Of a DNA stretch of 64,000 bases, positions 13,092 through 28,970 are shown piece after piece. Source of the DNA: Octopus vulgaris. Its lineage: Eukaryota. A model generated the notes under the pieces. The model worked only from the letters and a program-made list of their open reading frames with translations, searched no databases and was not told where the DNA came from. The translations under genes were made by a program, and so were the position numbers. The DNA lies in NCBI GenBank assembly GCA_951406725.2, contig OX597823.1, forward strand, positions 86,614,001 to 86,678,000, in the 5' to 3' direction. How positions within the stretch are numbered: the first letter of the stretch is position 1; each line of letters begins with the position of its first letter.

Positions 13092-13094
<3 letters not shown>
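12666..13094 (-). mobile_element. SINE family A, near full length
   Basis: Same head/CORE-like/tail structure as 2565-2970, with a small internal deletion near 12781. Confidence 0.9.
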
Positions 13095-13134
<40 letters not shown>

Positions 13135-13180
13135 ATTGTGGCTTACCAACCTGCGCCTATATATATATATATATATATAT

Positions 13181-13356
13181 AGGCGTAGGAGTGGCTGTGT
13201 GGTAAGTAGCTTGTCTACCAACCACATGGTTCCGGGTTCAGTCCCACTGCGTGGCATCATGGGCAAGTGTCTTCTGCTATAGCACCGGGCCGACCAATGC
13301 CCTGTGAGTGGATTTGGTAGACGGAAACTGAAAGAAGCCCGTCGTATATATGTATG

Positions 13357-13387
<31 letters not shown>

Positions 13388-13604
13388 TTGTATGTCTGTG
13401 TTTGTTCCCCTAGCATTGCTTGACAACCGATGCTGGTGTGTTTACGTCCCCGTCACTTAGCGGTTCGGCAAAAGACACCGATAGAATAAGTACTGGGCTT
13501 ACAAAGAATAAGTCCCGGGGTCGAGTTGCTTGACTAAAGGCGGTGCTCCAGCATGGCCGCAGTCAAATGACTGAAACAAATAAAAGAGTAAAAGAGTAAA
13601 GAGT
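13181..13604 (+). mobile_element. SINE family A, full length
   Basis: aggcgtaggagtggctgtgtggtaagtagc...gactgaaacaaataaaagagtaaaagagt. Further family A copies or fragments at about 14221-14355(-), 19230-19440(-), 24893-25345(+), 26487-26797(+), 39135-39320(-), 40650-40765(-), 51610-51970(-), 56434-56515(-), 59110-59273(-) and 61610-61705(+). Confidence 0.92.
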
Positions 13605-14723
13605 ATATATGTATGTATGTATGTATGTATATATCTATATCTATAGATATATACATATGTGTATGTTTATATATACATACGCTAACTCTACAAAACAGTT
13701 GTCATATAATTGACGCTTTTAGCAAATGTTTTGTTGCCTGTTATATTTTTTATAGCAAAATGATCTAGAATAGGAATTGACAGAACCGACGATGTTTAAC
13801 TGAACATCGATTTTACATTCAGCCGACCAACAAAGTAAAGACTAAACCAGCTGTGGCTTTCATAACAGAGATGTATGCGTTGCTATTTCTTTCAGCACAG
13901 ACAAAGTCACTGTCGTTAGAAGGTTTCCAGCGTTATCACATAATAGGGGACGTATTCAGTCGGTGTCGTTTAGCTGATTTACGATCTTACACGTTTTATG
14001 CATTACAATAAGGCCTAGTATTTGGAATCCAGAAAACTACCGTAATTGATTAAGTATTTCCAAAGAAGCAAAACCCGTTATGATATAATCGTCGAAATCA
14101 ACTAATGATAAGTACTCGATATAATCCTTGTTCTCTGTATTGAGTACTTGATATAATTCTTGTTCTCTGTATTTAACACATTTCATTCAAGCAAGTAGGA
14201 TTTTAAACAGAAAAGATTTTACGACGGCCCAACAAGGCTTTGGTCGGCCCGACGCTATAGTAGAAGACACTTGCCCGAGGTGCCAAGCAGTGGGACTGAA
14301 CCCGGAACCATGTGGTTGGTAAGCAAGCTGCTTACCACGCACTCACTCCGGCACAAATATATATATATATTACAAATGATACTAAATTAGTCTAAGTGTT
14401 AGGAAATACTCACATTGCTAGAAATAAAGGCTAAACCACTTTCATGCTGTAGTTAACGCACTTGAATGAAAACATATACATTAACAAGTACCATAATCAT
14501 CTGAAAAGTACCAATCGAGAATTCTTAATACTGACGCGTCAGTTTCGGCTATTTCCGTTGCTTCATCAGTTAAGACTGCTAGATTGTTCGATTCTTTCTG
14601 GATACGCTTCACCATTAGTATTTATGTTTTCGTCATCCAAATCATTGGATGATTTTAGTGACATTTGTAATCCCCCCTTTTTGATGAAACATTGCAAACT
14701 GCTGTTTATGCATACATATGTAT

Positions 14724-14816
<93 letters not shown>

Positions 14817-15138
14817 TGTGTGTGTGTGTATGTGTTTATGTGTGTGTCTATGTAGGTATGTATGTACGTGTGCGTCTTTGTATATACTCACATATACATG
14901 TATACATTTATATACATATATATATCTATCAATCTCCTTGTATGCACGCATGGCCACACACAAGCCTCATTCGTTTGGCTAAGCCCTTGATCGCCACACT
15001 TACGGATACATACAGACACGCAAACACATATACATAGTTACACATACACACATACATATATAGATGTATGTGACCTCGTGTGTACCGTTGGCGATTTTTT
15101 CCTCTGTCTTCCGTTCTCTGGATCTTTCCTTCTCCTAT

Positions 15139-15173
15139 GTTTCCGATGAAGAGCTCCGCTCGAAACGTTAAAC
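15139..15173 (+). ncRNA. Minimal type I hammerhead motif (U4C variant) in PLE-like remnant 15075-15272
   Basis: guuu-CCGAUGA-A-GAGC-ucc-GCUC-GAAAC-GUU-aaac; all three stems can be drawn. Confidence 0.65.
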
Positions 15174-15299
15174 CCTCCTTCTTTCCTTCTTTCCTGAGCG
15201 TCCAATAATACAATATTTGTTCCACGTCCTCGCGTTGTTGTGTTTTTTTGTGCTTTCTTGTTTGGATTAACTATATATACATATATATATATATATATA

Positions 15300-15584
15300 A
15301 TAATAAATATTAGGGAATAAATCCAAATTTACAGGGAAAAATCAGATTTATGATTGAATCCAATTTTATAGTAAAATATAATATAATATTAATTAGAGAC
15401 AAAATAGTTCAAAATTGCATAGAAGGTCTTGTTAACCACCTGATGGATGTCCATTGAAGTGACAAGAAACGATCGTTGTGGATATCTTAATTAATCTTAA
15501 TTATATTTAATTTATATAAAATTTTTTATGTATTGGATTAAGTCTTTCTTTGTTTGATTTGCATAATAGTGGTTTTGTCTCTAA

Positions 15585-15596
<12 letters not shown>
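15300..15596 (+). mobile_element. Penelope-like fold-back remnant
   Basis: Perfect 24-bp inverted repeat (15381-15404 / 15573-15596) enclosing a hammerhead motif; flanked by (TA)n. Confidence 0.65.
15436..15481 (+). ncRNA. Minimal type I hammerhead motif
   Basis: ccac-CUGAUGG-a-UGUC-cauugaagu-GACA-a-GAAAC-GAUC-GUU-gugg, with stem III palindrome AACGAUCGUU. Confidence 0.6.
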
Positions 15597-15619
<23 letters not shown>

Positions 15620-15929
15620 AACGGCAACGGGAAACTCAGAGTAACAGGTTTTGTTGAATTTTCTGCTGCTTTAAATAAAGTATATATATATATATATATA
15701 TAAACATATTTAGATATGGATATATATGTAAATAAATATATGTATATATCCTCATATATAAAGTCATATGCATGCATATATGCGCATATACATATGAGCA
15801 TATATGCATAGATATGTGTGTTTGTACAAATGTTCTTTTAAAAACGACTTTAGTATCAGCGGTGGGAGGAAAAGGAGCTTCTGTTACTCTAGCTACTAAT
15901 ACGTAATATCTAAAACAGTGAACATTTAT

Positions 15930-16220
15930 ATACTGCTACTACAACTACTACAACTACTACTACTACTCGTACTACTACTACTACTACTACTACTACTAGT
16001 ACTACTACTACTACCACGACTACTATTACTACTACCACTACTACTATTACTACTACCACCACTACCACGACTACTAATACTATTACTACCACTGCCACTA
16101 CTACTATCACCACCACTACTATTATTACTAAAGCTACCACCATAACCACCACCAAAACCACCACCACCACAACCACCACAACCATCACCATCACCACCAC
16201 CACTACTACTACTACTACTG

Positions 16221-16253
<33 letters not shown>

Positions 16254-16255
16254 GT
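15930..16255. repeat. (CTA)n/(CCA)n compound trinucleotide microsatellite
   Basis: Directly visible; source of the poly-V and poly-L pseudo-ORFs. Confidence 0.95.
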
Positions 16256-16899
16256 TCATTTGCTATCAATATGACTACAAAAGCGGCAACAATCACTAGT
16301 CCCAAACACTGTAGCATATACAAATATCACATAAACTACGAAACGAACAAAAGCGAAGAGACTCGCTGTAATAACTTCAACAATGAAATGGAAAACAATA
16401 TCGAATCGAAGAATACGTAACCACAATGACACAAATCAAAATCAATAGTCCTTGCTGCGTCGAAAGATCATAGTTGAGTATGTTTTGTGTGAGTCATCTT
16501 ACCAGCTACCCATGGGGTTTCTCTGCGAAAGTATTCAGAGAGCACTTTACTAGTTTTTCTATATCTTCAGTCCGAGCGAATTCACCGCACTTAGACAGCT
16601 TTCGTTTAGATGTTTAAATCTCCCTTCTTCAATTCTTTCTCTTCGCATTCGTTTGTTGTTGTTGTTTTGTTGTTGATATTGTTATCTCGAAAGGGAAAAG
16701 CTATAAGAATAGAAATGCTATGATAAAAATAAAAAGAAAAAAAGTAAATAAATAAATAAATATTTTTATTATTAAACAATTCATGAATTCATGACCCCAT
16801 TGTAGTCTAAAAGTTTTTAAAAGTATACGATCATTGTTGCCGAATTTAAGATCACGAGGCATAAAAAAAAAATAAAGAATTCAACAAACTGCACTCCCG

Positions 16900-18050
16900 T
16901 TAAAGTATAAAACTTTTGTATGGCCAAAACATGCGACTGTTGCATTATTTTCTTCTGTGTAGTCTCCTGCTTCCGGTCGGAAGACTTTCTCTTCATTTAC
17001 CGCATTCATTTTATTCCGAAGTGCATGAGACTCGTATAGTCTCATTTCTGTCTTTGTAATCTAACGGGTTTAGTAGAGGAAGTGAATATATACCATTCTC
17101 AAAATTACCACTAAAGCCATTTAAAGTTTTCCAAAGAATATTGATGGTTTAGCTGCGTATTTTTTCTGTGTGAAATATTTCCGAGTTTGAATACGTATTT
17201 AAGTGTACTATTAGAGTTTAATAACTATTGTTATACTGAAACAAGGAGATAACTGGAATCTTATATCTTTTATCAATTTATAGCTACTTTATAGATTTTA
17301 GTCCGAAATATATTTGTCTACTAAACACGGATATATTAACAGAAAATTGCATATCATTTGTAGAACCAATATAACCTCACAGCACAACTAAAAACTATAA
17401 GAACATGAAAAAAAATGGGATCAGACGAACATTTGTCCCTAGGAGTCTTAGACAACTTAGTGCCCAACCCTCCAAAATCAATTTCAATGCGTAAGAGTTG
17501 GAAATGAGCACCATTACTTTTTTCCATCGAAGAAGTGGAGCAATTTAAAAGATTTTGTTGGATATTCCCTTCTTTCACAGAACGATCATATATTAAAAAT
17601 TTTATTGGAAATTTTGTATCTGATGAAGTGAATCTGTAACTATTGAAATGGTTGCAAGACGCAACGAAAATTTTAGTAAAATAAAAATGAGAAAAAAGTG
17701 CAAATTTTACCGGTGAGTGTGTTATATCATTAAGGTACAAAGAGAAAATTACTCTCTCCAGACACAACAGAATATGTTTCATCACATGAACTCATATAAA
17801 GAATCTTGCAAACCAAATCCAAAAACGAAATATGAATCAGTTACGTTATACAGCCATTGTTTTATATGTCCAATTTTAGCAATTTCATTTCTTATTCTCG
17901 ATTAACGCATCACCACAATCTTCGGCATTCTCTGAATTTGCATCTTATTCAGTATTCATTAGCCATATATCCTACAACAATATCCATCATTGTTAGGAGG
18001 TAGGAATATGAATGTCGCAAATATATTTTTATACAATATTACACCAAAGT
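16900..18050 (-). mobile_element. Possible highly decayed hAT (Buster/Charlie-like) transposase remnant
   Basis: Minus-strand LIYDRSVKEGNIQQNLLNC resembles LLVYVRYV..G.I.E..L.C. Near 16930-17020, RNKMNA and KIMQQSH resemble the RNRLN...KQ.Q.SH C-terminus. No TIRs found. Confidence 0.35.
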
Positions 18051-18383
18051 TATAAATTCCCACGTGCATGTAATGGTCCACGGATGAAGTGACTTTTTTA
18101 ATTATCCAAATAGAAAAGAACATGGCAAAAATCTGTTAGCATTGTTTTCATAATATATGACCAATTTCTGATTGCATGCACCCTTCACACACACGCACAC
18201 GCACACATATGAATAAGTATATATGTATGTATATAAGTATCTATGTAAGTATATATATATACAAATACACACAAACACATACATATATATATATGTTTAT
18301 GTACATATGTAGTCTGTTCTACTCTTTATGTATATGTATGAGTGTATATATATATATATATATATATATACATACATGCGTAC

Positions 18384-18414
<31 letters not shown>

Positions 18415-19434
18415 CATACATACATACGTATACACATAATACATACATATATACATACATACATATTTACATACATACATGCATACATACATATACATAT
18501 TCATATTCATATATACACACACGTATATATGAACCGCAGACAAATAGCGGGACAATAAACAATGCCAACAATTACGAAGGAAACAGAAAAAGTCCATTTA
18601 AAAATCGATTTAGCTCGAGAGTTCTTTTCTCCATGTTGTTGCCGATATTGATCGGTGTTGTATTAAGATATCCGTTCTATACAATTACAACTATTTCAAT
18701 CAATTAAGAGATGAGTAAAACCATATTGTTTGACTAACCTTTTTTCAGTAATAGGCTTTTATGAAGCGCATTTATATAAACAGTGTCACACATTAAAATC
18801 CCGAATATATGAAACGTCGCTAAACGCGGTTGTCACTCATTCAAGATGTCTGCGTTTTGAAATATCTTGTTCGGTTTGACGTTTTGTTTTCCTTCTTAGT
18901 AGTGTCTTGTCGTTATTGTTTTCCCTGAGAGTTGTGAAAAATATTCAACACAAGACAGCGTTTACATAGACATACAAACGTATTTGTATTTTTCTCTATT
19001 AATGTTGAGCTGGTACGATCGTTAGGGCGCCGGGGAAAAGGCTTAATGACATTTCGTCTGTCATTACGTTCCAAGTTCAAATGCCATCGAGGTCAGCTTT
19101 GACTTTCATCTTTTCGGGGTCGATAAAATAAGTATCAATTGATCACCGGAGTCGATGAAATTGGTTTACACTCCCCTAACATTGCTGGCCTTGTGCCAAA
19201 ATTTGAAACCATTATTATTATTGTTCTATTATTCTTATATTTCTATCAATCATTTGACAGCGGCTTTGCTGGAGCACCACCATTAGCCGAGCAAATCGAC
19301 CCCCCACAGACTTATTCTTTTTAAGCCTAGTACTTATTCTATCGGTATCTTTTTCCGAAACGCTATGTTACAGGAACGTAAACACACCACCGTCAGTTAT
19401 CAAGCGATAGTGGGGTAATAAAGACACACATACA

Positions 19435-21195
<1,761 letters not shown>

Positions 21196-21223
21196 TGTAA
21201 GTATGTATATTATATTATATATA

Positions 21224-21302
<79 letters not shown>

Positions 21303-21819
21303 TGTATGTATGTATGTATATATATATATATATATATACATCAATACATACTTACGCATACATTCATACAAACATGAGTGCATACGCCTATACACATCCG
21401 CCTAAATGGGATTTTTTGTAGTTGCTTTCTCTATGTGTGCACACGTAAGCATAAATTCACAGCAGCATAGAAACATATATTCATGTATTCATATATTCAT
21501 ACAACTAGACGTGTTTATTATAAGTTGTATAACTGTGGATGCTTGTTCTGTAAACCTTCCATTCTGTATATATATAACGAATTTGTTAAGTACTGGGATT
21601 TTCATAGGCGTATTTCTAAATATTTTCTTTCATTCCATGTACCATCTGTTACATACATGGAGCATTGAAATCCTAACTTCCTCATTTATAATAACGTTAT
21701 ATTATGTAATGTAAAGTAGGGGTTGATAGATTAAAAAGGAATATCATAAAGACGTGTAAATCCATTAAAATTTAAAGGATTCTGCCATCGATACATTATT
21801 TCCTATATACGTTTTTTCT

Positions 21820-22017
21820 TGACAATAACAACAACAACAATATTGATAACAACAACAACAACAACAGCAACAACAACAACAACAACAGCAACAACAACAA
21901 CAACAACAATAATAATAATAATAATAATAAAGTAATAATATTTATAAAAATGATCATAGTTATAACAAAATCATCATCAATAATAATAATAATAATAACA
22001 ACAACAACAACAACAAC

Positions 22018-22092
<75 letters not shown>

Positions 22093-22323
22093 TATAATAA
22101 TAATAATAATAATAATATAACAACAGCATAATTATCAACAAGAACACCACTGCAACCGCCAATAACAATAACAACAACAGCAACAACAATACTAATAATA
22201 ACAATAATGGTAATAATATGATATCAATTTAAATAACAAGGATCATATTGGTGATAACACCATCAATAATAATAATAATAAGTTTAACAATGACGACGAT
22301 AACGATGAGGATAACACTAACAA

Positions 22324-22368
<45 letters not shown>

Positions 22369-22860
22369 AAAAAATATTAATAATAATAATAATAACAATA
22401 AGGAGAAGAAGAAGAGGGGAGGAGGAGGATAATAATAAGAACTAGAAGAAGAGGGGGAGGGGTGGGTGAAGAATAAGAAGAACAAGAAGAAGAGGAGGAG
22501 GAGGAGGAGGAAGAATAAGGAGAACAAGAAGAATATGAAGAAGAAGAAGAAGAAGAAGAAGAAGAAGAAGAAGAAGAAGAAGAAGAAGAAGAAGAAGAAT
22601 GTTGGTAATAAAATCAAACATCGTTAATAAAAGCAATGAATTACATCGAAAGAACTGCTTCTGCTGCTACAACTAATACAATTATTAATATTAAAAAAAT
22701 ATAATAATAATAGAAATAATTATAAAAATAATAACAACAACAATAACAAGAAAAACAGCAACAACAACAGCAGTAGCAAGAACAACAACAACAACAATAA
22801 CAATAATAATAATAAATGTAAACAATAACAATAAAACAAAGGCGAATACCAATGAAAAAC
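21820..22860. repeat. ~1 kb compound trinucleotide array (AAC, AAT, CTA, GAG, GAA, CAG)
   Basis: Directly visible. Confidence 0.95.
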
Positions 22861-23116
22861 TTCAAAAACTTATTAAATAAGTTAATAGCAAATCTTTAAA
22901 GTGTAATGTAGCAATGAAAATAATTTACAATATTGAAGATATGAAATGGTTAGGGCGTACAATCCATATATACACAACTAGCCAGATGTATATTTTGCAT
23001 ATAAATTTCAGCGTACAAATTAATGTTCACATCATCCCACACACATACTCCCAATTTTATGCATATGTACATGTGTGTAGGTGTGTGTGCGTGTATGTGT
23101 GTATAAACATGATTAT

Positions 23117-23183
<67 letters not shown>

Positions 23184-23412
23184 CTTGTATGTAAGTATGA
23201 TTATACATATATATATATATATATATATGCATAATTATATATATATATATATATCATAATGGATATACATATAATCATATAATTATAATATATATATGTG
23301 TGTGTGTACATGTGTGTGTATGTGTGTGTGTGTGCGTACGCAAGCATATATATATATAAAAATACATGGAAATACTGGTGTAAGTTTCTATGTATGCCAT
23401 CTTACGTATATG

Positions 23413-23525
<113 letters not shown>

Positions 23526-24113
23526 TGTATGTTTGTATGTATGTATGTATGTATACATGTGTGTGTGAGCATGTGTGTTGTGTGTGTGCGTGCGTGAAAA
23601 TACTTTCAATATATCTATATAGAAAGAAGTGAAAGCGAATATGCCGATGCAATTATTTATGAAATAAATATAAAGATATAGATAGAATTTATGTGTTATG
23701 TAATATGAATGAACATGTGTTATGCCTACATCTAAGTTAACGAAAATCTTTATGAAATCTATAATGTTTTACAGAGAGAATAATCTATTATAGAATATAA
23801 TATATTCATATATTCCTTTATTCTTTATTATTTTTCATATAGCCTTAAGGCTGTGTCCATGTAAGTGAACAAATTTAATGATATGCATGTTTTGAGAAAA
23901 ACACACACATATATAGAGACGCACAGATACACTAATATATATGCGTCTGTCTTGTTTCTCTCTCTCTCTCACACACACTCTCTCACTCTCCCTTCCTCTC
24001 TCTTTATATATATATGTATATACATACATACATACATGTATTCATGTGCATGAATATACATCTATATACACATATCAATATTTACTTATTTGTATATGTA
24101 TAAATATAGACAC

Positions 24114-24168
<55 letters not shown>

Positions 24169-24337
24169 GTTATATATATATAAACAGTTATATACATATA
24201 TATACGTATATGAATATATATATAATATATAATTATATACATGTAAATATTATCTATGTGTATATAACAGATATATAACTATATGTGCGTGATTATGATA
24301 TATATATATATATACACATATGTGAGGTTGTATGTCG

Positions 24338-24420
24338 ATAGACAGATAGACAGACAGATAGATAGATAGATAGATGATAGATAGATAGAGAGATAGATAG
24401 ATAGATAGATAAATAAATAA

Positions 24421-24519
<99 letters not shown>

Positions 24520-24520
24520 T
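24338..24520. repeat. (GATA)n microsatellite
   Basis: Directly visible. Confidence 0.95.
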
Positions 24521-25052
24521 AGCAGTAATTACGCAATTTTGTGAGCATGCATATTTAAATTTGTAATGGTCTCTAATTTTGGCTTCAGTCCAGTAACATC
24601 AAGGCAGTGGGTAAGTCGATTACATCGACCTTAGTGATCAATTGATCCTTATTTTATCGATCCTAAAAGGATGAAAAGCAAAACCCTAAACAAATACTAC
24701 AACGAAACCATTAACATGCTTTTACACTTCGTGGAATCCAGATCATTGGTTTACTACCTTTTCTTTGACCATTTAGCCTGCAAATGTATAACGTAAAGTT
24801 AATCTCGAGGAATCTTGAACTTTGATTGCAGTGAGTCGGACATTAATTCCAAGGTATTTAACGAGGGTTTTTTTAACGATGTGGAATTCTCAAGGCGCAG
24901 GTGTGTCTGCGTGGTAAGACGTTTTTCTCCCAGCCACATGATTCTGAGTTCAGTTCTACTGCGCGAAACCTCAGGCAATTGTCTCCTACTATACCCTGGG
25001 CCGACGAAACCCTTGTGAGTGGATTTGGTAGACAGAAACTGAAAGTAACCCG

Positions 25053-25095
<43 letters not shown>

Positions 25096-27502
25096 AACAC
25101 ACACATACGTGTGTGTCTCTGTGTGTCTTCGTAGTTGTATTTCTACCCAAACACCACCTGTCCCCAACGCTGGAGTTAGCGTGATTTCGGCCCCATAGCA
25201 TTGCGTTCCAACAAAACAGATCGATTCAATAAGCACCAGGCTTAAAGAAAAATAGAACTGGGGTCGATTTGTTTAATTAAAATATTTTCAAGACGGTGCC
25301 CCATTATGGCCTCAGTCTCATATTTAAACAAATAAAAAAAATAAAGTTTCTGAAATGGAAGTCGGGTCGATCGATATAAACAAATGTATTTGGAAGCTCG
25401 ATGGAAATAAGGTACATTTAGTTATTGAGGAAATGCTTGTTTTAAGAGTCTTCATTTAAATGTTTTATGAGTCTTCATTTAGTCTAGTCATCGTATGATG
25501 AGATGTCACTTTGATTAAGAAGTGTTATATGTCAAGACCTCTTTTGTATGGAGAAATTACTATCTCTAAATATGTTCTATTATTTTCTCTGATTACTGCT
25601 TTAAAAATCTGAGTGTCTTAAACAGTTTTTTGTACACAGCAAGTCACATCTTTAGAAAAAATACTCTTTTGATAAATACACTACTAGGATGCCGCTTCTA
25701 TAGAACGAGTAAGTTTCTTAACATTTTGGATGTTTCATCAAGTAAAGAAGCATAAGGCGAGAGAAAAAGACAAAAACTTTGTGAAAGAAAGTGTCAAATG
25801 TTACAGGATGTTCTACGAAGAGGATCTAGGAAGAAGCAAAGTGTAGATGTGAAGACGTCAGTGTCTTTGTGTCCGGAAGCGGAAATAAGAGGGATTGATT
25901 TTGCTAGTGAGATGAATAAATGAGGATATAGGTATGCGAGTGAAGAAGTTTGGTGGCGTATGTTAATGCAAGTGGTGTGAGCTGTTGGTATATATATATA
26001 ATTTTTTTTAGGTGGGTTGTGTGAAAGCGTGTATGCGAGAACGTGCGATGGTGGACGTATTCTCATATGCTATGAGAATGCAGTGAAAAGGGTGTGGTTG
26101 ATGTAGGTGCAAAGGCTTGTGAAAGTATTTTTAAGAAAGAGAGAATGTATGAACTAAGATTTTGGAATGAGAAAACAATACATCCTTACTGTGAAAGAAG
26201 TTGATAGAAATTAAACAACAATAGGAAAATGTTCAAAGGGTTTAGTAGAATATACAGGGGATGGTAAGAAATGTGTAATATCTGCAGAAGAGAAGAAATA
26301 ATCGCAATGCAGTGGAGAGAATCCAGATGTATTGTCAGTCACGTAGAAGTGGAAATGGTGAAGGGGACAGATTTAGTCTCGGTTTGGAGAAGAGCGGACA
26401 ATAAGAGAAGGGAAGCAGCAGAAACAGGAGCAGGCTACAAGTGAGTAGTGATCAAGCAAAATACATACATACATACATACATACATAGGCGTAGGAGTAA
26501 CTGTGTGGTAAGTAGCCAGCTTACGAACCACATGGTTCCGGGTTCAGTCCCACTGCGTGGCACCTTGAGTAAGTGTCTTCTACTATAGCCTTGGGCCGAC
26601 CAAAGCCTTGTGAGTGGATTTGGTAGATGGAAACTGAAAGAAGCCAGTCGTACATATGTATATACATATGTGTGTGTCTATGTGTGTGTATATATTTGTG
26701 TGTCTGTGTTTGTCCCCCGAACATCACTTGACAACCGATGATGGTGTGTTTACGTCCCCGTAACTTAGCGGTTCGGCAAAAGAGACCGATAGAATAATTT
26801 TATGTATATATATATAAATAATGATATGTTTTATTATTTGATTATGACTACGTTTTATGTATTTAGAACTAGTATATTATAAAACTGAAAGAAATAATAT
26901 GGTTATCTTTAAAAAAAAAACTAATTCTATGTGAACAGAAAAACTAATCAACTAATTTACGTATGTAACTGATCTCAACCAAGACGTATTGTTTACGAGA
27001 GAGAAGTGTGAAAGCGAATGAAAACGAAATCTCTTTAGTATATACAACAATTTGTATATACATGGAAAAGAAAATAATCAAGGAGGAGAGGGAATAGATG
27101 AATACAAATGGTATGTGAATTGAATTGCTAGCTAATTAGGGAGGCGTGCGAACTGCTAAAAAGAAAGAGTGATGCATTTAAAAAGCGTTGAAAAAGGGAA
27201 TAATAATGGAGTTAGGTACTAATTCAATGCCGCCAATCTTCATCCAATATTTTTGTCATTCTCTCATAATTTATACTCCACCCAGTTCATATCACGATTC
27301 AATAAAAGGTGAAGTGTGCACCTGTATATTGGAACAACTGTCGCAGTATCTCCTAACAGGTGATACAAAGTTAACTTTCTTTTCTGATCTATGATTATTG
27401 TAATGAATTTACTGTTTAATTATGAATGAGTTTGTCAAATTTTATAGCGTGTGCAAAGCACGTGTAACTAAAAATCAATGATGGCTGCGCGTATGGACAC
27501 TT

Positions 27503-27533
<31 letters not shown>

Positions 27534-27637
27534 GCAGACAGACAGACAGACAGCCAGAAACCAGCTGAGGACTGAGGGTCGATGTATCGACTTATACCCT
27601 CACTCAAAATTGCTTGTTTTGTGTCAAAATTTGAAAC

Positions 27638-27671
27638 TCTTCTTCTTCTCCTTTTCTTCTTCTTCTTCTTC

Positions 27672-27746
<75 letters not shown>

Positions 27747-27821
27747 CTATTGTTATTATTATTATTATTATTGTTGTTGTTGTTGTTGTTGTTGCTGTTG
27801 TTGTTGTTGTTGTTGTTGCTA

Positions 27822-27877
<56 letters not shown>
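27638..27877. repeat. (CTT)n(TTA)n(TTG)n(TTA)n compound microsatellite
   Basis: Directly visible; abuts the 3' end of the R4/Dong-like element. Confidence 0.95.
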
Positions 27878-28750
27878 GATGTCGCACAGTATACAATATC
27901 CTGGGATTGTTGATTGAAGATATTGTGTCTACCGGGGATTTGTACTGTTTGTCAAGTCAACAAGGAACTCAGACAGACAGTGCTTTACGCAATATGCGTG
28001 CAGTTTCAAGTAATGCCGACTTTTGCAATACGTCTAGATTGTAGGGTATTTCTAAGATTTTCACATGCTTTTTTTTTCAGACTGTTTGGTTTTGAACCCA
28101 ATGCTCCAATGACAATAGGGGTAACCTTTATGGTTGACTCTCGTAGCTGTCACATCTTAGCGATTTCAATTCTCAGGTATCCATACTTATTAACCTTTAC
28201 TTTTTCTTTCATGATGATGTGTTGATCTCCTGGCACTGCCACATAGATTATTAGGCACTCTTGTTTATCTATTCTAAAGGTTACTATGTCCGGCCTTCGG
28301 TGTTCTAACACTTTGTCTGTCTGGAAATCAAAGTCCCAGAGGATTTTTGCCTTCCCCTTTTCGTCCATTACCTTTTTCGGTGCATGTTGGGACCAAGCAC
28401 CCGTAAACTTAAGGCATAGTAGCTAGTGGAGGTTTTGGGATACTTTGTCGTGTCTACGCTTGTACTCTTTCTTCTCAAGACATTCACAAGCCCTAACAAT
28501 GTGAGTCACACTTTCGACCGTTTTCCCGCACATTCTGCTGAGGTCCGATGCACTTTTGTGGTATATATTCTGTTTCACTGAGTTGGTATTCAATATCTTG
28601 TCCTTGGCCTCGATAAGGCATTCAGCATTCTTTTTTAGATCACCCTTATTGAGCCATCCCCATGGTGCTTCCTGGTCTTTTAATTTGTTGGTTTCACGCT
28701 GCAAATGACCATGGACAATGCAATGACCACTCGAATGGCGGACAACAGAA
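27878..28750 (-). mobile_element. 5'-truncated R4/Dong-like non-LTR retrotransposon (restriction-like endonuclease type)
   Basis: WGWLNKGDLK, RMCGKTVESVTHIVRAC (decayed CCHC knuckle), YKRRHD, KILWDFDFQTDKVLEHRRPDIV...CLII.VAVP (PD..D nuclease) and LQKSALLETARILRK. Ends in (TAA)n. Confidence 0.88.
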
Positions 28751-28861
28751 CGAATGTATATATATATGTAAAGGGAAAGTTTACGAAAATAAACAAAAGA
28801 TGAAGGCAGGTGGAGTACAAACAAACAAATGTATTAGTATAGCGCTCAGGAATAGAAAAAG

Positions 28862-28899
28862 TCTTTTACGTTTCGAGCCTACGCTCTTCGACAGAAAGA
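28862..28899 (-). ncRNA. Minimal type I hammerhead motif (A6U variant) in PLE-like remnant 28770-28960
   Basis: Reverse complement: ucuuu-CUGUCGA-A-GAGC-guag-GCUC-GAAAC-GUA-aaaga; same family as 11131-11168. Confidence 0.65.
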
Positions 28900-28970
28900 T
28901 ACACAGAAAAAAAACAAGGAGAGAAAAAATGCGTGTAGGAGCTAACGATCTGTCATGGCATCCTGACATT

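Noticed and set aside
14112-14175. 32-bp tandem duplication (also a 22-bp one at ~10199-10246)
   Set aside because: Ordinary local slippage duplications.
25790-26460. Purine-skewed segment suggesting an old LINE
   Set aside because: No diagnostic motif recognisable by eye.
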